63,552 nt of DNA, filler included, from Reticulomyxa filosa (GCA_000512085.1; 25 parts of 25 records of this genome joined end to end with filler, not necessarily neighbours in it); one strand, 5' to 3'. Shown: positions 12,481-26,013, numbered from the whole stretch's first letter. Notes: generated by a model not told the origin, from the letters alone. Made by a program: numbers and translations.

Positions 12481-13759
12481 ACTTAATTTCACCAAACAAT
12501 GGAAAAAAAAGAAATTACAAGACACGCGCTCTTCCCCACATTTGAGGACTTATTACATTTGCGTGTTAATTAGCTTTAAGAGCAGTCTTCGTACAAATCC
12601 AATATATTTTTAATTTTGTTCATGTATTGATAATTTAGATTGAAATCAAATACTTTGATATCGTTTTGTTCAAATCATTTTTTACTGTAATTGCTTTGTA
12701 GCTAGTGGCATTATCTTGATGAAATATATGTCTTATAAACACTAACAATTATTTTTATCATTATATCAAATATAATTTCTTTGTATATGAATGCATTTAC
12801 ACTTTAATCATTTTTACAAACATATACAAGTAATAGCATTCCAAATAAATACTACGCGATTAATTTTTACTACTAAATTTTGATATTTTTATAATTGTAT
12901 TTTTGTTAAGTGATCTATTCAAATTATGACAAATTAAATCAATTAATTTTGCTTTCATCAGAGAAAAGTACTTTTTTCCAATAATCGAATGTCACTTAAT
13001 TGTACTTTTTGAAATCATTTAGTCATTTTTTTAAAAAAATCAAAATGATTAAAAATATCAAATATCGAACTATACTGAACTAAAAAAAAATAAAGGAAAA
13101 AATATCGAAATAATTATGAAAGATTTAATAAAAACTAAATTCAAAATTATATTTAAAAACTACACGATTCGTATACATTAAAAAAAAAATTAGGTCTTGG
13201 TAATGTTTTTTTTATTATTATTTTCATATTTCATTTTGAGACCCCTTTAACTTGCAATGTTTCCGTTTCGTTTTTACGCGAACTGAAGATTGTGATTCTT
13301 TTGCAGTCAACAGCAACAACATCTTTTTTTAAGTAGTTGAAAGGATAAAGATAAGAGCACTATTTCCCGTATCTGCAAGACTTTGCGCTGTATACTGCCT
13401 TACTTTTGAATAGTTCAACAAACACGAAAGTTCTAGCATTCGAAATTTTTAAAAAAACATATGGTAGATGAAAGGAATAACTCACGCTAAGTATGTTCTT
13501 GGCTTTAGTATTTTCATTTATCACTTTGTCGATTTTGAAGCTGGATCTTCATCGCATATCTTTTTACGATATGTATTGGATATGTTCAAGATTATGTTGT
13601 TAACACCTGAAACAAGATTCGAAGTAAACACCAGAACTTATTTCCATAAGCTTTTCTTGNNNNNNNNNNNNNNNNNNNNNNNNNNNNNNNNNNNNNNNNN
13701 NNNTTAATTAATTAANNNNNNNNNNNNNNNNNNNNNNNNNNNNNNNNNNNNNNNNNNNN

Positions 13760-13905
13760 TATTTTCGTCTGCTTGAATTTTCTTGAAATCTCCTTAATTT
13801 TTTTCCAATGTTACATCACATAATCGTATTGTTTCATTCTCAGAGTATGGAATTACCATTTTACCATCTTATGAAAACTGAGCACAAATGTAAATCACAT
13901 TGTGT
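13760..13905 (-). pseudogene. WD40 repeat relic
   Basis: The reverse strand reads ICAQFS*DGKMVIPYSENETIRLCDV, a single degenerate WD40 repeat with an in-frame stop. Confidence 0.65.
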
Positions 13906-15063
13906 GTTTTGCTTGATAATAAGAAATTTTGATCGCTAAACGCAAAAAAAAACGTAAAATGCAAATATTTCAAAGGGATTACTTAAGGAAAGTTTGACAT
14001 TTAAGTAAAATATTTTGTTCTCCATTTGCTAGAGTTTTCATGCAAACAGGAATTTAATGAGAATTTTCCCATAAACAATAAAAAACTCTTGTCGACCCAA
14101 AAGTTTTTTCAAATTTTTTTTGATATGATGAAAATCAAAAATCAAGTTTTTTTTTTTGAGCCTTCAAATATTCTTTAACATAATGTTTAAAATTTCAATT
14201 CAAATTATCAATTTCATATTAAAGGAATAATTGTTTGTTAGCTTTTTTTACTTAAAGTGCCTTGTTTGAATATGGCACAAAATATGTCTAATGTACGATG
14301 CGAATTATCTATTTTGTTAAATCTGTTAATACACAAAATAAAACAGATATTGATTAAATACTGTTGTTCGTTTCAAAAAAATCTTTTTCTTTTTAAAAAC
14401 TCTTTGTGTGCGCAACATGAAAGGACGCCATTTTAAAATGAAACACTAGTGAAGACTTTTTTCGTAGCCTCGCAAAAATGCAAGGCCTGTTGCTGAAGTT
14501 TTTGAAGAGTTTTTCAAAAAAAAAGACAATAAAAAAATATTTTACGTGGACATTTTTTGTTTGGTAATGAAACAAAAAAATTACACAAAATTGAATAAAT
14601 TAATCGACCATATCTCATTGCATAACGATAAAATATTGCATGAAAGGTTAAATTATTCTACCGAGAATTGTAATCGATCAACCAAGACTGAGGTTGTGAC
14701 AGTTTTGTTGCAATTCTTTTGAAAATAGTGAAAGTATTGGAAATACTGATTTATCTCAATATGTACATAGCAAAAGATCTTTTGTAATTTTTTTTGTAAT
14801 AAGTGTCAGATATTTTTTTAGGGTTTTCTTGAAATTTCATTTGAAATAATAAATTCTTTTTTTTTATTGTTCAAAAAAATCTTTGGGTTAACCGCAAAAA
14901 AAAAATCTCTACACCTTTTTAATGAACAGAATAAATGCGTGAAATTATAACAATAGAAATCGGNNNNNNNNNNNNNNNNNNNNNNNNNNNNNNNNNNNNN
15001 NNNNNNNTTAATTAATTAANNNNNNNNNNNNNNNNNNNNNNNNNNNNNNNNNNNNNNNNNNNN

Positions 15064-16150
15064 CCCCCCCCAAACAACATTTCTTTGGTTTTCATTTGTC
15101 ACAATGTTTTGCTTTCAAAGAAGTTAGTTAAATAGTCAATAATCCCAATAGGAAGAGGAAGAAGAAGAGAAGGGGGGAGGGGGGGGGGAGAGGGAGGGAA
15201 GGAAAAAAAGGAGGGGAGCAATACTCCCCTTCTTTGAAGATGGAGTTGTTCCAAGAACCACCTTTGGGTTGGTTTGTGATAGGAACTTGCCTGAAGATGA
15301 ACTTGCCGAAAAGGTATCGTCATTGTCGTTGTCGTTGTCGTTGTCATTATCGTTATCATTATCATTGCCATTATCGTGGTCACTCTCACGATCATGATCA
15401 AGATGATGACCATGATGAGGATCGTCATGGCCAAGTCCAAAGAGGAGATGATTCGGATGGTTGCTCCAACCAGTTTCGGGCATCGACATATAAGGCAAGT
15501 GGGAAGACGAAGAGAGGTGCGGATGGGCTGCAAAGTCACTATCCTCATGCACGAAGCAATCACTAAGAAAAGGATTGGACTCCAGATGGAATCCAGGATT
15601 ATGATTGAAGTCGCTGTACCCGGACGAGACCAAGTTGTCATCTGTTGCGCGGAAGCTTTTCATCGAAAGCGGGTATTGAACCATGCTCTGGTTGTAATGC
15701 ACCGGCACGTGCAATAAACGCCGCAGCTTGTCTTCGATATTTGTGCCCTTAAACAATGGAGAACACATATTCACAAAGTCTTCTCTTCCTAAGATGCTAT
15801 GTGATACTAACTTCAGAAGCCGTAAAAATTTCTTTTTTTTTTTTTTTTGTCAATCACACATCCAATAACACCCCCCAAAAAAAAATGATATGTACACATG
15901 TTCCATTTTTGAAGACGTATATATCATATGTATAATAAATAATCCAATCTTTAAGAATACTCATTACATCAATATATATATTGAAATAAATAAATACATA
16001 AATCTCTGATAAAATATGAAAGAATGGATTTTGAAAGTGAGAACATACGTGACATAATTATGCCCATCTCCAGAAGTTAAGTGCTTCTTCACGCAAACTA
16101 ACAAGTGAATGGGGAATCCAAACTCATTTTCCATTTGTTTGAGTGTACCT
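15064..16150 (-). CDS. Multi-exon hypothetical protein, possible PX-like domain followed by a low-complexity region
   Basis: Exon GTLKQMENEFGFPIHLLVCVKKHLTSGDGHNYVTY resembles the start of a PX domain. Downstream ORF 15136-15774 has His/Asp/Asn repeats. A poly-A acceptor lies at about 15832. Confidence 0.4.
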
Positions 16151-16437
16151 AAAAAAAAAATGCATTTGTATATCAATGTGGTCATTCATTCCAAATTTCT
16201 TAAAAAAATGAATGAGTATATGTACATATATAAAATATAAACACATATACATATATACACATATATGTATATGTGTTTATATTATATATATATATATATA
16301 NNNNNNNNNNNNNNNNNNNNNNNNNNNNNNNNNNNNNNNNNNNNTTAATTAATTAANNNNNNNNNNNNNNNNNNNNNNNNNNNNNNNNNNNNNNNNNNNN
16401 AAAAAAAAAAAAAAAAAAAAAAAACAAACAAACAAAC

Positions 16438-18340
16438 TTGTCCAATGCATTCCCTTGGTTTGATAAGTTTGAACAATTCAAAATCCAAAAGAGTCAATTG
16501 CTCCGCAAACTGCCCGTTGTTAATTTTGACAAAGCCTTGTAGTAGCTGTTGGGCATCTTGGTCCATTCCCAACATTTTGACGGACTTGGCTTTGCTGAAA
16601 ATGATGCGTGACTCTCTTTCAAATGCTTTTTTCTGATGTTGTTTGTCTTGCGTTTCAATTGTCTGCTGAATCATTTGCAACAATTTTTTATTTTTTTTGC
16701 GCGCTTCTTCGTCGAATCGATCGTCATTGTTGACATTGTAATCCACCAACTCGATGAATTTGGAAACACTTCGAATTAAGTCGGGTTGTGTTGCAAAGTC
16801 CTCTTCCCAATACAAGCGCATCCAATGTTGCAATAAGCTCGTCACTTTTACCTGAACGGACCATGAGGCATCGATTTCGATTATCTTCTTGTCTTTGTTC
16901 TTCTTTTGTGGTTCCTCTTGCACAGGCTCTTCTCCGGCATAAAACGGAGGATCTTCATTTCGACTTAGCGAAAATGACATGGAGCCACGTGACAAGTTGC
17001 GATTTAAAAAGCGCTTTGCTAAACATTGCCATAATTCCCTATGAAGTATTTTTTCGTTATATTACATATATAAATCTATCATATATATATATATACATAT
17101 ATATAATAATAGTGTACACAACATTGAAGTGCAAAAGCTTTGATGGCATAATAATAATACATCTTTGGCGGAGTCGTCCTTATTGTCCTCGTGTGTAATA
17201 CCCCAAATCAACTCAGACAGTTGGAATCGATCCTGTTCTGCTTCCAAGTCGTCTTCAAAGTTTGAGCCCTCTGGATCTGCATTTGATCGAGTTGGCGTCG
17301 ACGGAGTGGGCGTCGAGGCCACAGATGGCTCAGGTAAATCAGGAACATTCCATTCATTGTCACCTGGTCCAGTTTTCGTCACGTCATCGTCGTCAGGCAA
17401 TGACGGCAACACCAGGACCTCTTTTTCCTATTTTATTGTATTTTATTCACTTTTTATTTGCTTTTCTCAGTCTTTCCTCGTCTGTACATACTTGGGTATA
17501 TACGTCCAAAAAAAAAAAAAAAAAAATTAGCAATACCAGATCAACAGTATTTTCTGGAGTATGACTGGGTGTGATTTGGGGGGGTGCTTGTTGCGATGAT
17601 TTGGATGACTGTACAGTGGGTTCCGTGTTGGATTTGACTGTTCCTGTGGCGGAAATGGCAAGACCGCTGGACGGGACCTCCGTGAATGTTCTGTCACGGA
17701 CGGATTTGTCGTCGTTGACCGGGAACTTCTTCTTTTTCTTTATCTTCTTATTCTTGGGTGATTTGAGCTGCGTTCTTCGAAAGTCGACGCTGAACATTTT
17801 GATGGCCTCCACGGCATGTCGACGTTTCGTGCATTGGACTATGTATTCGTTGCACACCTGAACCGCAGACGCGATTACAGACAATGGTGGCTGGTCATCT
17901 GGACATATCCAAAATGAGCTATTTGAGTCAGGTTCATACCCCAACAATTGTAAGTACTCGTCAATGCCTTCGTATTTCATCAATCTGAATTTTTTTTTTT
18001 GTGATGGATATACGTTTTGTCTGGTGATCAACATGTACACGTATTGTACATACTTTACACATATGTACCATAATATATGTTGTATGTGAGTGCGTATACA
18101 TTAACAAAACTTTAATTGGACAGTTGGATTGAGAGTATCGATGATTCTATACTGTGGATTGTCATACGTCAGTTTTTCTGCAATCGCCTTCATAACTTTA
18201 AATAAGCCACTAGGATTGTTACACTTCGTCATCAACAGCTCTGCACAGCTTTGAAAATCCTGTTGTGTACTGCTGACATCGAAAGGCCCATCAGGGTTGG
18301 GTTTTAAATTGGCTTTCTTTTCTTTTGCATCCGACTTTTT
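16438..18340 (-). CDS. RasGEF (REM plus start of CDC25 domain) with an N-terminal PUB-like domain; multi-exon, partial
   Basis: PUB-like: LFKVMKAIAEKLTYDNPQYRIIDTLNPTV..RLMKYEGIDEYLQLLGYE. REM: LIWGIT..DVLLLCHQSFCTS and VQVKVTSLLQHWMRLYWEEDF. CDC25: QFAEQLTLLDFELFKLIKPRECIGQ. Confidence 0.85.
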
Positions 18341-19969
18341 TTTTTAAAAANNNNNNNNNNNNNNNNNNNNNNNNNNNNNNNNNNNNNNNNNNNNTTAATT
18401 AATTAANNNNNNNNNNNNNNNNNNNNNNNNNNNNNNNNNNNNNNNNNNNNTTTGTTATTTTTGTTTTTACAATAACTAGAATATGCAAAGTCAATAAGAA
18501 GTGGAGGTACTGGAACTGCAAGTAAAGAAGAAGAAGGAGACACGCTGAAGCAAATACTACTGTCTTGGTAAGAGCGAAAGTCACAAAAACAGCAAAGAAA
18601 AATTTGGGATGCAAAACATATTCAAAAAATAATAATGTGACCCTTCCATGACAAATAGCACAAACAGCAACGAATAGTGGCAATGCAAAAGATATACGAA
18701 GAGATTGGTTTGGGAAACAATTATTGAAAGTATCGTTTGCACGTAATTAAACACAAATTTGATGAATCTCTCTAAGGCGACGTCCAAGTCAATAAAATAA
18801 TGGTCGTCTTTACTAGGATGCACACCCCATCAACACCATATCTCATCATTGTAGTAATATCTCTGCACTTCCAAGAGCCACTCCATTTTCCCAAGCGTGA
18901 ACAATTATGTCATGATAAACATGAACACGACTAACAATTCCGAGTCGAAGCAATGCCTCTCCCTTTGCATTCATTCATATCTGGAGACAAAGCAACAGAT
19001 CAACACATTATGCAATGATCAAAGCATTATATTAAATTTGAATAGAGGAAGACCATGAATGCTGCCTTTCAATTGGTTGTCATTGCTATTGGCTCCGTTT
19101 CATCGCTATTTTATCATGGGCACTTGAGACAACATTGATATCATTGTCTAATCTTGGTGATTGCAATTGTATCAACAATGTCTTCTCTTCTCCTTTTTCG
19201 CTTATTGAATTGCCTGCTGAAAAACACTTTCGACTGTCATCAGCGTCGTCATTGAAATCCAATCGAATTGCAAGGCATGTTGTTGCTGCGCCAGTCAAAG
19301 CAAATCAACTACACTTATTATGGACTCGGTATGCACGCAAACCACGCGGAAATGAAAAACAGCATTGTCACAATGTGCAAAATTGTGCAATGCTGTCCTT
19401 CAACGATATGAAATATGCTATAACAAGAAGCATATTTATTCTTTCTTGTTTTGTTTTGTTTTTTTAGTCTTATTATGTGTCTTGCTGTTGTCACTGACAT
19501 AAATGATTGTATTTTAATTGTTGTTACTTTTTTTTTTTTTTTTTGCAATATCGCCGAATTTTTGAAATCTTTTTTCAACAATCCTTTATTTGTATCAATA
19601 TCTGAGCCAGTCGATTGAAATAAGCAATCCAAAAAAGGTTAAATCAATCCTTTGCTGTACTCTTCTGTTTCCTTCTTGGAGAGTTTGTTTATGGATTCAT
19701 TTTTCTATTTCACTAAACTTTTGTGATGAATAATGTCACTTGAGAAAAAAAGACAGCATCCTTTTCTTTTTGAAAATAACAAAAAAAGGTGAAAAAATTA
19801 GCGAAATATGAGCTATTCGTTAATGTGACCCAACTGATTAAAAAATATTGAGAAAAAAAAAAAANNNNNNNNNNNNNNNNNNNNNNNNNNNNNNNNNNNN
19901 NNNNNNNNTTAATTAATTAANNNNNNNNNNNNNNNNNNNNNNNNNNNNNNNNNNNNNNNNNNNNTTGGA

Positions 19970-20075
19970 TAAAATTATTTGAAAGAATGGTGATTTCATC
20001 CAACAAAAAAAAAAGTTATTAAAAAACCAATTTAATATTTAAAAACTACAAGATTTGTAGATATTTTTAAAAATT
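19970..20075 (-). repeat. Non-coding dispersed repeat, copy A
   Basis: ATTTGAAAGAATGGTGATTTCATCCAAC...TATTTAAAAACTACAAGATTTGTAGATATTTTTAAAAA is the reverse complement of 28320-28420 with scattered changes. Confidence 0.85.
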
Positions 20076-20523
20076 TTAATGCAATAGAGATTGGATGGGT
20101 TTTTCAACATTAAAATTTATGGAAACAAAATTTTACTCATTCCTTCTTCACAAAATTCTAATAAAAAAATTGATGACAAAAAAGTAATAAAAGCAATGTA
20201 TTGATGATGAAATATTTATTGTCACAAATAATGATTCAGTTTAGAGTTTTTAATAAAAATAAAACGTATTCACAGTTGGAATTGTCAAAACATTGTTTTT
20301 TAAAAAAAATTTAATTATCAACAAATCTTTTCATTAATGTTTTGAATTACTTTGTTTGTTTTTTGATGCGTACTACGTCTGCTTTGGATGGGACAAGATT
20401 AAAAAAAACATAAATGATAGATTATTGCATGATTTTGTTATGTTAAAGCAATTACCAAATTATAAAATCTTTTTTGTTTAAAATTGAAATTTTTTCTTCA
20501 AAATTTATTTCATCTGATGCATT

Positions 20524-20975
20524 TCATATAATTTTATCAAAATCATCAATCCATCCTAATTTTATCTTTACATCTCGAATCCAATATTGAGTAATACATT
20601 TTATTTCATTTTTTGACTGTTCATTGTTTATAATTTATTTTTCATAAAATAAAATTATTTTTATTTCATTAAAATATGTAAATAAACAAACAAAGCATTA
20701 TCAACTGAGAAAAATCCCATACACGCACTTTAGTCTTCATGTGAGTTGATACTATTGCCTTTTTTTCATCTTTTCCTCCAATGATGTGTATATGATTATC
20801 TTCTTCATTCAATATTGCAAAATTATAATATAATCTATTGTGTAAAGTGTTTTCAAATGTTATCAATTTGTTTTCTCTAATTAAATACTTGAGCAATAAT
20901 TTTGAAACAATACATAAATTCCATCCACCAAAAAATAAGATGACGTCATTGATTCAAAAATATACATAACATTAT
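20524..20975 (-). pseudogene. 3' fragment of a Kelch-repeat gene with a terminal IKLGWIDDFDKII exon
   Basis: INDVILFFGGW...HIHIIGGKDEK..VSTHMKTKVRVWDFSQL contains two Kelch GG motifs. The last exon (20524-20616) is SKNEIKCITQYWIRDVKIKLGWIDDFDKII*. Upstream repeats are missing, and the expected GT donor reads AT. Confidence 0.8.
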
Positions 20976-20979
20976 GATC

Positions 20980-21115
20980 AAAATGATATTTAAAAACTAC
21001 ATGATTAGTATTTTTTTAAAAAATTTTGATTAATGTTGTTTTTTCATTGAGAAATACAATAATCTCTATAATGTGGCATTTTAGGTGTCAACTTTCTTTT
21101 TTATCATACTGTATT
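20980..21115 (-). repeat. Non-coding dispersed repeat, copy B
   Basis: ATGATATTTAAAAACTAC...TATAATGTGGCATTTTAGGTGTCAAC..TACTGTAT matches the reverse complement of 28225-28360 and the direct sequence at 31949-32020. Confidence 0.85.
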
Positions 21116-22005
21116 AGTTTGGCTTTTTCCAAACATATTTGATTTTATCACTTCGGCACAAATTAATCTTTATTTCATCTGAAAAGATAACTTTTTTCAA
21201 ATTATCTACAGTTTAGTGTTTATAACGACTTGCAAATTTGAATCTTGAGTCGATATTGATGTCTTTTTCTTTTTAGTTAATGCAGTCAAATCTTTATTTT
21301 TAGCATTCTTGTTACAGTTTCATAAGAAGCTTAATTTCACAATAATCATACAATTATTTCTTTATATCTTTTGCAGCTTCACACTTTCCAGTAACAAATA
21401 CAACAAGAATGTTGATGGAAAAGTGAAGTGAGATAGTTTAGCAAAATTCTAAGGAACTTTGCTTTCACACGTAGGACCATACTGTGTTATAGTATTTAAT
21501 TGGGGTTTAAACTCAATAATAAACAGAAAATAACATGCAGCGGCTCTGGAGTGAGTGTGAGCTTTTAAAGAGCCAGTTTCAACAACAAAAAAATTAAATA
21601 TATAAAAAGAACAATGCAATAAACGGAAGGGGAAAGAAAGTCAGTTGTTAACTTTTGAGAAAAAGAATTTCAGGGTTCACTTGAACCTTGATATGGTGTT
21701 ACCCCACAAGAAATAAAAATGAGACAAACTTTTTTTCTGTCTGAATTCGACAACTTTCCTCTTCCTCCACCAGTTACAATTTTTTTTTTTTGAAGAGCAA
21801 CAGTTTGAAATTTTTTGTGAGCCACAAATTCGTATTACGACAATTAATAAAGCTCTGAAATTTTTTTTTTTTTCAACAAGCATACTTGCAAAAGAGAGAC
21901 AAACAAATGACAAATGAAGACATTTTACAAAAAAAAAGTGGAAAGTAAGTTCTTTGAAAGGTATGACATAGTTATAAGAATAAAAAAAAAAAGGCGAAAT
22001 AAAAA

Positions 22006-22733
22006 TTATTGTTCGTCAAGCGTCACCACATCAGCGTATTGTTTCAAAGCAACAATTTTGTAAGAAAAGTTGTGTCCAATATCATCAACAAAATCTTCTT
22101 CGATGTGTTCAAACCTCCACCCAGTGATTTCCCTGTTCAATTGGTTGCACAGTACGTGCATCCCTTGGACGACCATATGGCTCCAATCTTTGGGTCCCTT
22201 CCACCAAGAGTCCCACCGCCATTGCGTCGTACCCGTCGGAGTACCAGACCGTATCGAACTAGAAGAAGAAGAAGAAGAAGAAGAAGAAGCAACATTGGCA
22301 CTGTCAACCATGATCTCTCTATCTTCACTCATATCATTGACTCCGCCCTGATGATACCCTGTGCAAAAGCGTGCAAAGCAAGAGCGAAGACAGCGACAGC
22401 ACAAGACGACAAAGTGTATGACCGGCCTGCCATAGGTGCGCATGACAAACCCGACGACAGCAAAGACGACGCCTCCAGCATAGACGACATTGTCATGTCT
22501 GCCGGAGGCATTGTTGGGCCGCCTCCACAGCGACAGCATCAGAGCGCCGGCGAGCAGCAAGAACATGCCGACCCCAAACGTCAGCATCGGCATCAAGTCG
22601 AGTAAGAACGCGCGCAAGTTCAGTTTCACCCAGACGCGTTCCCGTCGCAACTGCACCGGGTCAGTATCGGTTATCACCTCATGCATCCGTTTCATGACAG
22701 TGTTCCAATGGTTGATATATCGTATATACGTAC

Positions 22734-22782
<49 letters not shown>

Positions 22783-23622
22783 GTTATTATTATTATTATT
22801 ATTATCATCATCATCAAAATCATTATCAAAGAAATGTATACGTTCATCAACGAAACAACACAAATAATGATCATTGAACCGATAACGGATTTGAAAGATC
22901 GGTACGTCGATGACATTGCTTAATTTGTTTGCATCGACGCTGGACACGATGCATGCGACAAAGGTGTGCGTATTGCCGTGGTCGGCCGAATAAATGGTGG
23001 ACACCACGTGGGTAGCTCGCTCGTCGTAATGGTACGACGACAACAGCGGACGATAACACTGTGGAAATTGCTGCTCGAAATGGACTCCTGCGAAACGGTT
23101 GCGAATGCCATAGATGGTGGCGTCGTTGAATGCCACGAATGACCACACGCTTTGGTACAGATAAAACAGTGACGCATATGACGTCACATACATCGACACT
23201 ATGCATATCACCAAAAACGGCACGTACAACGTCTCGTTCGTGTCTTGCGCAAATGCGAAGATCAAACTGATTATTGTCACCCCCAATATCAATGTGCATA
23301 CCAATGCGTACATGTGCTTCTTTTGCTCACGGTTTGATAACGCTAATAACTCACCCAACTGCTCCTGTGCTTGGCTTTGCAAGTAACACTCTCTCAACTG
23401 TCTGCAGATTGGAATCAATGATCGCGGCTCTACCACCAATACTGGACAGTCCACCAATAACACTTCTCTCGTTCTTAATGATCCAGCAGCAGCAGCAGCA
23501 TCATCATCATCCGTGTCTGGCATCACGGACAGACCATGTCGGCTCACTGAAAAATCCACCTCACAAATTATGCTTGGCAAAGGCAAATCCATTGCATCCT
23601 TAGTTTCTTCCATCTCCAACAA
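22006..23622 (-). CDS. Hypothetical multi-pass membrane protein (about 530 aa)
   Basis: Long uninterrupted, relatively GC-rich ORF. It has two pairs of hydrophobic helices separated by a soluble region containing a poly-Asn tract. No family recognised. Confidence 0.75.
22735..22805. repeat. (ATT)n microsatellite encoding poly-Asn
   Basis: Directly visible. Confidence 0.92.
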
Positions 23623-24027
23623 ATTTGGATTCTAGCAATTTAGAAGAACCCCTCCTCCCCCCCCTTCTGAACGTCTTGGCTTTGGTGTGCAAAGGTTTAA
23701 TGGTGTCAGTTTTTTCTTTCATACTTTGCAACTGAATTTAACTCTTTTCAAATTAAACTTATGCTACATACTAACTCAAAAATACCAAAGAAATGTAACG
23801 ATCACCATTTTAATGAAACGATCTATCATTGCACCTTACCAAGAGAACACAAAAATATTCGATTAACAGGCAAAAATTCTCAAAACAATAAGGCAAACAA
23901 CACTCCAAATTTAAAAATAGATCAATTGGAAAAATAGAAACAAATTCATTTGACAAACATTTTATCAATATTTTTCAAGTAACAAAATTTACTGCAAAAA
24001 TCAGAGAACTACTTTATTCATGTACAA

Positions 24028-25408
24028 TCATCCCCAAACATGAATGAAACCTTTATTTGAACCATAATATAAATTAACACAACAATGTTCATTGTTATTA
24101 CCTTTCTTTTTCAATGGCACAAATTTAAGACATAATATTCCTTTATCTTTGTAACTCCCATTGATAACATGTAATTCATTTTTATTTGATCGAATATCCC
24201 AAAAACGAATTGTATTATCATTTGATCCAGAACATATCACATTCGAATTACCACTAAATTCGATATTCTTTACAACAAATGGTGAATATTCAACAGCACA
24301 TACGATACGTGTATGTCCATTGAACATTTGAATTTGTTGACCAGATCGAATATCCCACAAACGAACACTTTTATCAACTGATCCAGATAATATTGTATTT
24401 AATAATTCATTTGATCCATACCTTACACTCCTAACCCAATACTTATGTCCTTTGAATAAAATTAACTGTTTAGCTGTCTCAATGTCCCATATACGAATGG
24501 TTTTATCAAATGATCCAGAACAAATTGTATACCCATTACCAATACTATTCCTTTTAGTGTTATTGCTTTGCAATGGTGAAATATCAATGCACCAAACAGC
24601 ATTTTCATGTCCATTGAAAACATGTAATGATTTGGATGTTTCAACATCAAATAAATGAATAGTTTTGTCCCATAATGCCGAAAATAAATATCTACCACAA
24701 TTAAATGATGAAAATTCAATGCTACAAGAATCAGTAATTAAGTCATATATTACTTTTAATTGTTTATTATGTTTGAAATCCCAAAAACGAATGGTTTTGT
24801 CAGCTGATAAAGAACAAATTACATTTTGACGATACTTATAATAATGATATGGTGAAAATTTTACACAATACACACAATTTGAATGTCCATTGAATGATTG
24901 AATTTGTTTGTTGTTTTCCAAATCCCATATTCGAACTGTATTATCATTTGATCCAGAGCAAATGTATTGACAGTCATCAAATGTTAAATAATCAATACTA
25001 TTCACACATGTAGTATGTCCATTAAAAGTATTGAGCAATTTACATGTTGAACGAAATGTATCAAGCATGATCAATACCGTTGACTGTTTCAAGTGTGGTT
25101 ATGAGTAACATCAAAAACATAAATATTTCTATTATTAAATAAAAATAGCAAATAAATAGACATAACATAATTGATAATAAGTTTGTCGAAATCATTAATC
25201 CATCCGAATTTAATGTTAAATATTCGAGTCCAGTGTTGAACAATAATTTGAATATCTTCTTTTTTTAACTGATTGGCCACAAATCATATACAACAATAAA
25301 TAAAACATACAGCAAAACATGAAGACACCTAGCTTTCTTAAAGATTGAACTAAATTTTACCAACGCTTGTTGTATTGAAGTTAGCTTTTCGTTACTAGGA
25401 GCGGTCAT
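24028..25408 (-). CDS. WD40-repeat protein, 3 exons (25408-25361, 25268-25167, 25083-24028), about 401 aa
   Basis: Canonical GT-AG phase-0 introns join into an open frame. Repeated GH..V..I.YS..ICSGS.D.T.R.WD units. Exon 2 encodes LKKEDIQIIVQHWTRIFNIKFGWINDFDKLIINY. Confidence 0.92.
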
Positions 25409-26013
25409 TCTTTCAAACTCTTTTTTTATTTGAGATTATCTTCAATGATATAAGCTGAAACTGATTAAACTTTTTATATCAGGATCAACGAAGAGGTTGC
25501 CAAAAAACTTTGACGTGAAACTTAATTTGGAATACTCCAATCAAAATTATTACAAAATACAATTAAAACTGAATAAATTGAATGTTCGTTAAATATGTCT
25601 TGAAGCATTAAACGTGCAAAATTTTAAGGATAATCGAAAATATTGTATCAAAAATGACTAAAAAAGTCAATTTCACAAAAAAATAATGTAATAAACACTA
25701 TACATTGAATTTTGTCAAATATACTTTTTTTTATGTTTGAACTAGTTATAATACAACAAAATTTTTTGCAGTTGCTTGTACACTTTTTATCGTTCAAAAT
25801 ATCTTGATTGCGTTATCGCACAAATATTAAGCAGGCTTTGATAATTGAATCTTTATACAAAATACAAATAATCTTTGTAAGGTAAATTCTTCTATTTTTA
25901 ATACTCCCCATTTAATGATCCATTTATGTTTATATCGGTTTTTGGAAAAGGTTTTTTTTTAAGATAGGATTTCTTTCAAAAATTATTTTATTTGGATTTA
26001 TTATCGAAAGACA

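Noticed and set aside
20041-20062. AAAAACTACAAGATTTGTAGAT resembles a Cas12a direct repeat (CTAC..GTAGAT)
   Set aside because: There is no repeat-spacer periodicity and no cas, TnpB or Fanzor ORF. The hairpin is embedded in a longer dispersed eukaryotic repeat.
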